DNA of 57,788 nucleotides from Myxococcales bacterium (GTDB lineage Bacteria; Myxococcota_A; UBA9042; UBA3505): NCBI GenBank assembly GCA_963578775.1, contig CAUZEG010000005.1, positions 1 to 57,788 of the forward strand, read 5' to 3'. Shown piece by piece: positions 49,940 to 57,788 of this stretch (position 1 is its first letter; each line of letters starts with the position of its first letter). The notes under the pieces were generated by a model. It saw only the letters and a program-made list of their open reading frames with translations, ran no database searches and was not told where the DNA came from. The position numbers and the translations under genes were made by a program.

Positions 49940-51280
49940 TCAGTCTCTGTAGCCCTCGTCCGCGATGTTCAAAGCATCGTCGATGATGGAGAATCCTTCT
50001 TCCATCTCGGCTTCTGTGATGCAGAGCGGGGGTACGGTGAAGATCCAGTTCCAGCGTACGAAGGTATGCATACCCAGCTCGCGGATGCGAGCGGCGACCT
50101 TGGCCATCTGGCCCATCTCTTTGGGGGAGGCGTTCCAGGGAGCTAAGGGCTCGCGTGTTTCGCGGTTTTTCACGCATTCGATGACCCCGAACAGACCGAT
50201 GCTGCGTACATCGCCTACAGAGGGGTGGCTATCCTTCATTCGTTGGAGATGCCCGGCCATGATCTCGCCCATGCGGCGACTATTCTCTACCAGGCCTTCC
50301 TCTTCGTAGACTGCGATGGTGGCGAGGGCCGCCGCGCAGCCGACCGGATGGCCACTATAGGTCAGGCCGCAGACCAGAGGATTGCTATCGAAATGGTCGG
50401 CGATATGCTGTCGTACGATCACGGCCCCCAAGGGTATATAGCCGCAGGTAAGCCCCTTGGCCAGGGCCATGATGTCGGGCACCACGCCTTCGTAGTGTTC
50501 AATACCAAACATCTTTCCGGTTCGACCAAAGCCTGCCATCACCTCGTCGCAGATGAGCAGGATCCCGTGTTTGCGGGCGTATTCCTGGATCGCCTGCCAA
50601 TAGCCATCGGGGGGGATGATGAGGCCACTGGAGCCGGTTATCGATTCCATCAGTATGGCCGCCACATTCTCCGGGCCTTCAAACTCGATGGTCTGAATGA
50701 CATGGTCGATATAGGCCTGTGGATTACCTTCCGGAGCATAACCGAAGGGACAGCGATAGGCGTAGGGATCGTGGACCCGTACGATGCCGCTGATACCGGG
50801 CTCATTGGCCAGGCGGCGGGGATCACCACCAGCGGTGGCCGCCCCCAGGGTGGCCCCATGGTAGCTGCGATAGCGGGTTACGATCTTATGACGCCCGGTA
50901 TACTGGCGGGCGATCTTGATGCTGTTTTCGATGGCTTCGGCGCCGCCCAGGGTGAACAGGACCTTGTTCAGATCACCGGGCGCGATCTCGGCCAACTTGG
51001 CGGCCGCCCGTCCCTTGGTGGGGGAGGCTGTGCCCGGATAGGCAAACTGCAGTTGGTTGAGTTGTTCGGTTACCGCCGCTATCACCTTGGGGTGACCATG
51101 GCCGATATTCATATTCATCAACTGGCTTGAAAAGTCGATGTAGCGGGTTCCGTCCACGTCCCAGAAGTACACGCCCTTGGCGCGGTCCACGACAATGGGA
51201 TTGGTCATTTTCTTCTGGGGGACCCAGGAGAAAAAGACGTGGTCGCGGTGGTTTTGGATGATCTGATCGCGGTGCGTCAT
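49940..51280 (-). CDS. Class III PLP aminotransferase (probable beta-alanine transaminase)
   Basis: SYHGAT, DEVMAGFGRTG and AKGLT motifs; substrate inferred from gene context. Confidence 0.9.
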   Translation of the reverse strand: MTHRDQIIQNHRDHVFFSWVPQKKMTNPIVVDRAKGVYFWDVDGTRYIDFSSQLMNMNIGHGHPKVIAAVTEQLNQLQFAYPGTASPTKGRAAAKLAEIAPGDLNKVLFTLGGAEAIENSIKIARQYTGRHKIVTRYRSYHGATLGAATAGGDPRRLANEPGISGIVRVHDPYAYRCPFGYAPEGNPQAYIDHVIQTIEFEGPENVAAILMESITGSSGLIIPPDGYWQAIQEYARKHGILLICDEVMAGFGRTGKMFGIEHYEGVVPDIMALAKGLTCGYIPLGAVIVRQHIADHFDSNPLVCGLTYSGHPVGCAAALATIAVYEEEGLVENSRRMGEIMAGHLQRMKDSHPSVGDVRSIGLFGVIECVKNRETREPLAPWNASPKEMGQMAKVAARIRELGMHTFVRWNWIFTVPPLCITEAEMEEGFSIIDDALNIADEGYRD

Positions 51281-51304
51281 GGTACGCCTCCCCGGTTTTG
51301 GGAC

Positions 51305-52405
51305 CTATTCGTTGGTCGTGAGCGAGGTGGTCACTGAGGCCAGATCGTCGCCCCATTCGGTGTCCCGGTTGCGCATACCCGCCTTTTTGACTCGTGACTC
51401 TTTCTGGCGATCGACCAGATCATGATGCGTCGTGAAGTATTGAAGCGAATGCCCAACAAAATCACGTACATTCTCGAAACCATGTTCGTCCATGAACTCA
51501 TGGAGGCCATCGATGAGTTCCTGCACCATGGTGTGCCCTTTGAGCATCGCGCCGGTACAGACCTGGACCGTGGAAGAGCCCAGTAGAAGGAACTCGATGG
51601 CGTCCTGGGCGGTGAGAACACCACCGATGCCGGAGATTTCGGTCTCTGGAATGCCGGTCGCCAACTCTTGTACCATGCGAAGGGCGATGGGTTTGACGCC
51701 CTGGTAGCTATAGCCGCCTGGCGTGGAATACCCTTCCACCGTTGGAATGGGGCGGAGTGTCTTCATGTCGACCCCGATTACGGCCAGGATTGTGTTGATG
51801 GCCGAGATCCCATCGGCACCACCGGCGACGGCCGCGCGGGCCGGGATCGTAATGTCCTGAATATTGGGTGTCATCTTGGCCCAGACGGGCAGCTCCGTGG
51901 CGTCTTTTACCCAGCTTGTGACTTCCTCCACAATAGCCGGGTTCTGGCCCATGGCCGCGCCCATCTTGTCTTCGGGATGCCCATGGGGACAGGAGAAGTT
52001 GAGCTCGAAACCGTCGATGCCGGTTTCTACCAGCACACCGGTGAGTTCCTGCCAGCGGTCCTGGTTGTAGCTCTCCATAATGGAGGCGATGACGATCCCA
52101 TCCGGGAAGTCGTCTTTGCAGCGCTTGAACTCGTCCAACCAGGCCGAGAGGGGACGATCCGAGATAAGCTCAATATTCTGAAAGCCCACCACATGGCCTT
52201 TGTCTGGAGTCCACAGTTTGCCGTAGCGCGGAGCTACGTTGGTGACGTCGGTGTCTTCTAGACTGACGGTCTTAGCTACAACGCCGCCCCAACCCACCTT
52301 TAAACAGCGGGCGATGGTCTTGTAGTTGGTTCCGGGAGGTCCTGAACCGATTACAAAGGGGTTCGGAAGCTTCATTCCGTTCACATTGATACTCAGATCC
52401 GCCAT
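51305..52405 (-). CDS. preA: Dihydropyrimidine dehydrogenase FMN subunit (PreA/PYD1-type, no C-terminal ferredoxin domain)
   Basis: GSGPPGTN, NIELIS, ELNFSCPHG, KMTPN, AINT and VQVCT motifs. Confidence 0.9.
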   Translation of the reverse strand: MADLSINVNGMKLPNPFVIGSGPPGTNYKTIARCLKVGWGGVVAKTVSLEDTDVTNVAPRYGKLWTPDKGHVVGFQNIELISDRPLSAWLDEFKRCKDDFPDGIVIASIMESYNQDRWQELTGVLVETGIDGFELNFSCPHGHPEDKMGAAMGQNPAIVEEVTSWVKDATELPVWAKMTPNIQDITIPARAAVAGGADGISAINTILAVIGVDMKTLRPIPTVEGYSTPGGYSYQGVKPIALRMVQELATGIPETEISGIGGVLTAQDAIEFLLLGSSTVQVCTGAMLKGHTMVQELIDGLHEFMDEHGFENVRDFVGHSLQYFTTHHDLVDRQKESRVKKAGMRNRDTEWGDDLASVTTSLTTNE

Positions 52406-52496
52406 GATCTACTCCTGGGTCCTCACGAGGTAGAGGCCCATACTAACCTGTACTTTCGGTTGGTTCCAGTCCTGGCTGATTTCGTATGACGTGAGC

Positions 52497-54035
52497 CTAC
52501 TTACGACTCGCCATCGCCAGATCGTCCGATGCATTTCGGATCTGGTCCAGGCCGCTCTTGTCCAGAACACTTATGACCACGCCCATAAGACCAGCCAGAG
52601 CGAAGGAGGGCGGTAGTTCGCTGAGCTTGCTCAGATGGTCGCCCACTGCGGGCAGATCCGGTGCAATGAATTTGAAGAAGATGACACTGAAGAAGCCGGT
52701 GATCATCGCAGCCAGGGCCCCCCGCAGGGTTAAGCGGGACCAGAACAGGGACAAGATGATCACTGGACAGAAGGTGGCGGAGATCCCCGACCAGCCGAAG
52801 ATCACGAACCAGAAGACCGAACGACTCGGAGAGATGACTGCCACTGCCATGGCGATGGCGAGGGCCGACAGGGCCAGGATAAGAGTGACCTTGCGACTAT
52901 GGCTCACCAGGGCTTCGTCTGGAATATGGGGGTTTTTCACCTTCTGGTAGTAGTCGCGAACGACGGCGCTGGAGGCCAGCACCAATAGAGAATCTGCAGT
53001 AGACATGATGGCGGCCAATACGATGGCGATATAAATGCCCACGACAAAAGCGGGCAGGAGATCCATCGACACGGACAAAACATTCTGACAACTCTCACCC
53101 AGGATCGCTTCGGGTGCATCTTTCGCTGTGGTGTACAGGGCGCGGCCGATCATACCGATCAAGACGGCACCGGAGTCCGCCAGGAGGGTCCAGACGATGG
53201 CGGTGGTGGCGCCTTTGGTGATCTCACCTTCCGATTTCATCGACAGAAAGCGGACGAAGATCTGCGGTGATCCCAGAAAGCCGAGCCCGATGAGGGCCAG
53301 GCTCAAGATCCCCATAATGCCCATCAGGCTGTAGCCATCCTTACCCCCGAGGGATAAGAGATTGGGGTCGACGGAATGGAGTTTATCGCCCAGTTCCGAT
53401 ACTCCGCCGATCTCAATCAGGCCGACAATGGGTAGACAGACGAGCCCAATCAGCATCAAGCTGCCCTGAAAGACATCGGACCAGGCTACGGCCAGGAAAC
53501 CACCGCTGGTAATGTAGACAGTGACCACCGCAAACCCGACGATGGCCCCGACAAAATAGTTCCAGTTGAGAAAGCTCTCAAAGGCCTGTCCGGTGGCGTC
53601 GATCTGGGCGCTTACGTAGATGGTCACGAAGACCAACAGGGCTACGGCCGACACGATACGGATGATATGGGAGGTGTCCCGGAATCGGGACTCCAGATAA
53701 TCGGGGATGGTGATGGAGTCGTACTCGTCGGTCAGCCGTTTGAAGCGTCGACTGAGAAAGAGCCAGGCACCGGCCACACCCAGAACTTCTCCAAAGACCA
53801 CCCAGAACGCATGGACCCCGTAGAAGGCCCCCATGCCGGTAAGGCCGAGGAGCAACCAGGCAGACTCGCCCGTAGCGCGGGCCGAGAAGGCGACCGCCAG
53901 AAATCCCAGTTTCTTGCCGGCCGCAAAGTAGTCCCGGATGTCCTTCATGCGCCGAGATGCCACAATCCCGATCACGATCAGGATGATCAGATAAAGGCTC
54001 ACACCCAGGATTTTCCAGGTCATTACGCTGTACAT
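52497..54035 (-). CDS. putP: Sodium/proline (SSS family) symporter
   Basis: SAWLLLGL, TIPDYLESRF, GGFLAVAWSD, LGSPQI..RF and AAIMSTADS motifs. Confidence 0.85.
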   Translation of the reverse strand: MYSVMTWKILGVSLYLIILIVIGIVASRRMKDIRDYFAAGKKLGFLAVAFSARATGESAWLLLGLTGMGAFYGVHAFWVVFGEVLGVAGAWLFLSRRFKRLTDEYDSITIPDYLESRFRDTSHIIRIVSAVALLVFVTIYVSAQIDATGQAFESFLNWNYFVGAIVGFAVVTVYITSGGFLAVAWSDVFQGSLMLIGLVCLPIVGLIEIGGVSELGDKLHSVDPNLLSLGGKDGYSLMGIMGILSLALIGLGFLGSPQIFVRFLSMKSEGEITKGATTAIVWTLLADSGAVLIGMIGRALYTTAKDAPEAILGESCQNVLSVSMDLLPAFVVGIYIAIVLAAIMSTADSLLVLASSAVVRDYYQKVKNPHIPDEALVSHSRKVTLILALSALAIAMAVAVISPSRSVFWFVIFGWSGISATFCPVIILSLFWSRLTLRGALAAMITGFFSVIFFKFIAPDLPAVGDHLSKLSELPPSFALAGLMGVVISVLDKSGLDQIRNASDDLAMASRK

Positions 54036-54164
54036 TCGGCCATATTCTCCGAAGGGGTATCAAGCACCGCGGGCGACGTTTACATCTTTGGCGGGCAAAT
54101 GACAATCGGTGGAATACCATCTAAGCTCAAGCACTCTGGAGTCTCGGGCTATGGTGAGGTCAAT

Positions 54165-54551
54165 GTGGCAAAAAAGACACGCATACCGCTGACGGAGGAG
54201 GGCGGTTTCACCCTCGGCGATCTGCTGCGTGCCAAGGGCATCGATCTGCCCGACGCCCCGGCGGGAGCGGTCGTTGAAGAACCGTCCGAGGCGTCACCCC
54301 AGAGCCAGGAGAGCCCGGAATCAAAGGGCAAGGTGGTTCTACGAATGGAACGCAAAGGGCATGGTGGCAAGACAGTTACCCGCATTGAAGGCATGCAGGG
54401 CGACCTTGGGGCACTGGCGAAGACCCTGCGCAAAGCCCTCGGTTGTGGCGTCCGGGTGGACGGAGAGTATCTTCTGGTCCAGGGTGACCAACGTGAGCGA
54501 GCCCGGGATTGGCTGGAAGACCAGGGGATCCGTCACATCGTTATGTCCTGA
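54165..54551 (+). CDS. yciH: Translation initiation factor SUI1/YciH family protein
   Basis: GTG at 54165 after GAGGT; ERKGHGGKTVT...LRKALGCG...VQGDQR. Confidence 0.88.
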   Translation: MAKKTRIPLTEEGGFTLGDLLRAKGIDLPDAPAGAVVEEPSEASPQSQESPESKGKVVLRMERKGHGGKTVTRIEGMQGDLGALAKTLRKALGCGVRVDGEYLLVQGDQRERARDWLEDQGIRHIVMS

Positions 54552-56798
54552 TTATTGCCAGTAGATCTGGGCCTTGAACAATAGCGATTGAAAGGACGTT
54601 CTGTCTTCGTCCAGATTATGTTGGTAGACCACAAAGAGGTCGCTTCCAGGCCGATAGGTCCAACGAAGGCGGCCCTGTAACAGGGTTTCGTGACGCAGGT
54701 GGTTGTAGCCGCTGTACAGGTCGAGACCCAGATCCGGGCTGAAGCCGATATTGAGCCGTCCATTGACTATCGCGGATAAGAAATTGGGGCGCTTATCCTC
54801 GAATTCCACCTGACCGACTTCGGCGCCCAGCTCCAGACGGAGTAGAGAGGAGGGTTTGAGGACGAGGCCGGTCCAGCCACCGGTGAGCCGGCCGCCGAAA
54901 TAGTCTCGAATATGTCCGTTGATATCGATGTATGCATCCCAGGTGAAGGGAGTGTTGAACCCCACTCCCACGCGCTGGAGCCGGTATTTGTCGGCTGCGA
55001 TGGTGGTATTGGACCCGACGGTGAACTCTTCGAGGACGGAGATCGTCCCCAGCTCGCCGAAGGCGCGGATGGAGAACCCAGCGTCGAGCCGAACAACAAA
55101 TTCAGAACCCAGGACGGTGTCGAGGACCTCGCTTTTCTGGATGCTGAGGAAGGTGTCCGCCCATATATTCCAGGTCAATTTCTCGATCCCATGCTTCTCT
55201 ATGCGCGGCTCGATCTCCAGCCCGACGGTCGACTGGTGGACGCCAACGCGTGGAAAGAAACCCAGGTCGGCCCGGAAGTCGTCGCCGTATACGGCGTAAC
55301 CGAGGCGCGGGCGAATGAGCTCACCGCGCCATTTCAGATCGAGCCCGAAGGAATTATCGTAGCGGCCCGTGGCGAGTGATATGCCATTGGAATCGACCTC
55401 CTGGGTTGCGGTGGTCGCGTCCGGACCCGTGTAGGACGAAAGCACGAAGAAGGAGAAGACAAGCGGAGATCGAGAGCTTACGGATGTGCCGTCGATCCCC
55501 AGGACCAGGTTATTGTCACCGGGAGTTTCAAGGGAGCGTCGGTCGGTAAACATGAAGCCGACGTTGGAGCCTCCACCCAGTTCGTGCATGAGGCGTCCAA
55601 CCAGATGGGAGGTCCAGGGTTGGCCGTGGGCCGGCCGCGTTACAACCTCCAACAAGCCGACCCGTGTACCGGGTCTGGGCGTGCCCGTCAGTTTGATACC
55701 CGTGGCAATGGGGATCCGTTTGCCCTGGTGTAGGCCGATACGGCGGCTATGGAAAAGTTGTCCGGATTCGGGGCGGCCGAGGCTGAACAGCTCGTGGTCT
55801 CGTAGGAAGAAGTCGCGTTTTTCCGGTAGAAAGAGTCCGAATCGACTGAGATTGACCACCCGATTGTCCACCTCCACCTGGGCGAAGTCGGTGTTGATGG
55901 TAAGTTCACTTCGCCAGCGGGCTCCAAGACGAGCATGGGCGTCGACTCCTATATCCCAGGGGAAGCGAGTATCATCGCCCGCTTCGAGGCGCTCAAATCC
56001 GGCCACCACATAGGGGGACAGCGCTGGTTTACGAAGGCGGACTGGTCGACCCCCGCCCTTCGCTTGTTGCTTCTGCGTTGCGATCCCCGCAAGACCAAGC
56101 AGATGACCATAATGACTGGCGGCTACCGGCGTCAGGGGTGGCGCCATGACGGCCCAGTCGTAGGTGGCGGAACGGCGGGCGTGGTCCCGTGTAATGTTGA
56201 GCCCGATCCGCTCTGGGGGGTGCCCGGGATCAATGCCGAGGGGCTCGAGAGGGATCCGGAACTCCGCCGTCCATCCCTTTTCGGAACGCATCGCCCGGGC
56301 CTGCCAGACCGCGTCGTATTCGGTTCGCATACTCTGTTCGTTCACGCTGAGATATTCGATACGCCCGCCCACCAGATTTACAGCGAACCCCAGGGTCGTG
56401 CGATGGTCGTGGACGTGATCAATTTTGATGCTCAAGGTGTCGTCGCTGAAGATGGAGAACGAATCACGAGTACGAGTTCGGGCACGAATCTGATCCGGCT
56501 TATCCTCTTCGCACCACACCCCGAAGTAGAGCGCTTCGTGATCGAAGCGGACCTTGAAATAGGTCCGGACGGGGGGTGTTTGACGAAGCCTGGGTTTGCG
56601 CTCCACGAGATCGGTAGAGTGCTCGCCTTGTTGCCAGGTTTCTTCATCGAGGCGCCCATCGATTTTGATTACCTGGTTTGTGGGCTCACCGCGGACTATC
56701 CGGTCGGCGCCTGGACCCGTATGGCTCCAGGCCTGGTGGATGGGCGAAACCACCAGGCTGAAGGTGACGATAAAGAGGGCGAGACACAGAGTTTTCAT
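54552..56798 (-). CDS. CBM9-like/DUF5916 outer-membrane protein
   Basis: Signal peptide; IDGRLDEETW, GWTAEFRIP, NTDFAQVEVD, PEKRDFF, FHSRRIG and PGSDLFVVY motifs. Confidence 0.85.
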   Translation of the reverse strand: MKTLCLALFIVTFSLVVSPIHQAWSHTGPGADRIVRGEPTNQVIKIDGRLDEETWQQGEHSTDLVERKPRLRQTPPVRTYFKVRFDHEALYFGVWCEEDKPDQIRARTRTRDSFSIFSDDTLSIKIDHVHDHRTTLGFAVNLVGGRIEYLSVNEQSMRTEYDAVWQARAMRSEKGWTAEFRIPLEPLGIDPGHPPERIGLNITRDHARRSATYDWAVMAPPLTPVAASHYGHLLGLAGIATQKQQAKGGGRPVRLRKPALSPYVVAGFERLEAGDDTRFPWDIGVDAHARLGARWRSELTINTDFAQVEVDNRVVNLSRFGLFLPEKRDFFLRDHELFSLGRPESGQLFHSRRIGLHQGKRIPIATGIKLTGTPRPGTRVGLLEVVTRPAHGQPWTSHLVGRLMHELGGGSNVGFMFTDRRSLETPGDNNLVLGIDGTSVSSRSPLVFSFFVLSSYTGPDATTATQEVDSNGISLATGRYDNSFGLDLKWRGELIRPRLGYAVYGDDFRADLGFFPRVGVHQSTVGLEIEPRIEKHGIEKLTWNIWADTFLSIQKSEVLDTVLGSEFVVRLDAGFSIRAFGELGTISVLEEFTVGSNTTIAADKYRLQRVGVGFNTPFTWDAYIDINGHIRDYFGGRLTGGWTGLVLKPSSLLRLELGAEVGQVEFEDKRPNFLSAIVNGRLNIGFSPDLGLDLYSGYNHLRHETLLQGRLRWTYRPGSDLFVVYQHNLDEDRTSFQSLLFKAQIYWQ

Positions 56799-57036
56799 AG
56801 GTCACGAATCACCTGCTTTCCCTGCGCTGTCAATTGATCCTGTTTCGCCCTCTACGCTGTAGACGACACAACGGCACCATACCCGTTACCCCCGGTTTCC
56901 CAATAAATACGGGGCTAAGATGGATTTTGGTTGAAAGGCGAACATGAATTGGTTATTGGTCCGCCCTCAAATTTCTTTGAAAATACTCGGTCCGCGAGCG
57001 CTATGGGAGAGCGATAGTTTTATTACGAGGATAGTT

Positions 57037-57788
57037 ATGATCGGACGTAAAGGCTTCTCTTCCTGCCTGGACCTGCATCGCATTCACATTTTTCTACTTG
57101 GTCTCCTACTGACTGCCTTTGCCTGCAACGGCAATAATCAGTCAACCGGCGCAGGCCAGGATACCCTGAAAGCCAAGCTTTCTAAGAACACCGTGATTGC
57201 GGGCGAAGTCGTAGCGGTAACTTGTTACCATGTGGCTGGAAACGGCACCGAGACTCCCATCGGCAATGCTGTGGCCACCATCTCGCCGCAAGACGGCAAT
57301 ACGGTCACCGGGCTCGCCATCTCAGCCATTCGCGCTGGAAACTACCAGGTGGGCTGCGCCTACACCGACGGTCGACCTGTTCAGACCATACCCGCATCTC
57401 TGATCGTCTATGCAGATGCCCCGAGTTTTACGGGACTTAGCTTTGACGGTCCGGCCCCAGCGGGCCAGTTCGTGACCGCGCTCTGTGCGGCCTTCGACAA
57501 GTTTGGCAACCTGGTTACAGACGAAGCCCAGGACTTCAAGCTGCTCACGTCCGAGACCAGCCTGAGTGTACAGGGAACCAATGTCTACGGAACCATAATC
57601 GGCTCTTACGAGTTGGGTTGTGATCTCCTCAGCCGTGGTGACGAACAAATCGAATACGGGATCCTCGAAGTCGTTCCGGGAACCGCCAACAAACTCTCCC
57701 TGTATCTGAATCCCGCCAAGTCCGTATACGAAGTCTCCGATGTGGTCGAGGTTCATGGCACAGCAGAAGATGCCTACGGCAACGCGAT
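57037..57788 (+). CDS. Lipoprotein with Ig-like repeats (runs off the window end)
   Basis: ATG after GAGGA; lipobox AFAC; beta-rich with repeated D(K/A)(F/Y)GN; no stop before the window end, so absent from the ORF track. Confidence 0.75.
   Translation, partial: MIGRKGFSSCLDLHRIHIFLLGLLLTAFACNGNNQSTGAGQDTLKAKLSKNTVIAGEVVAVTCYHVAGNGTETPIGNAVATISPQDGNTVTGLAISAIRAGNYQVGCAYTDGRPVQTIPASLIVYADAPSFTGLSFDGPAPAGQFVTALCAAFDKFGNLVTDEAQDFKLLTSETSLSVQGTNVYGTIIGSYELGCDLLSRGDEQIEYGILEVVPGTANKLSLYLNPAKSVYEVSDVVEVHGTAEDAYGNA

Noticed and set aside
53667-54164. Long N-terminal extension of the SUI1 ORF (294 aa in the track)
   Set aside because: It overlaps putP on the opposite strand. A GTG with an RBS at 54165 gives a normal-sized protein.

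Overview
High-GC bacterial window, probably Myxococcota or a related deltaproteobacterial lineage (inferred from Cys-rich lipoproteins, an AgmX/TonB-C type domain and DUF4157 proteins). The main discovery is at the left end (1-8953, minus strand). It is one giant ORF of at least 2984 aa that the ORF track omits because it runs off the window edge with no stop. It contains five in-frame DUF4157 (eCIS-core/PVC-metallopeptidase, HEAAH) cassettes alternating with six unrelated cargo segments: an M35-like metalloprotease with a PG-binding domain, a helical hydrophobic domain, a DUF5995-like domain with annexin-like repeats, an RHS-tip-like domain, a second helical domain, and a truncated sixth cargo. 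Every junction carries a VQR/VQK-like motif, which suggests a self-processing, recombination-shuffled multi-effector polyprotein. The rest of the window is mostly core or accessory metabolism: pepN; a coupled six-gene envelope operon (beta-barrel, lipoproteins, NTT-HEAT-cNMP protein, lipoprotein NACHT-like NTPase, cNMP protein); DUF1015; thiolase; cysD/cysNC; an SDR; two Cys-rich lipoprotein paralogs; an ExbD/TonB-C fusion; a CobW GTPase; a permuted aconitase-family protein; ahcY; an RluA-like/RlmI fusion; a radical SAM gene with a Cys-rich peptide; bfd/bfr; a reductive pyrimidine catabolism cluster; putP; SUI1/yciH; and a DUF5916 protein. No rRNA, tRNA, CRISPR array or IS element was recognised. 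All family assignments are from motif recognition by eye, not from database searches.
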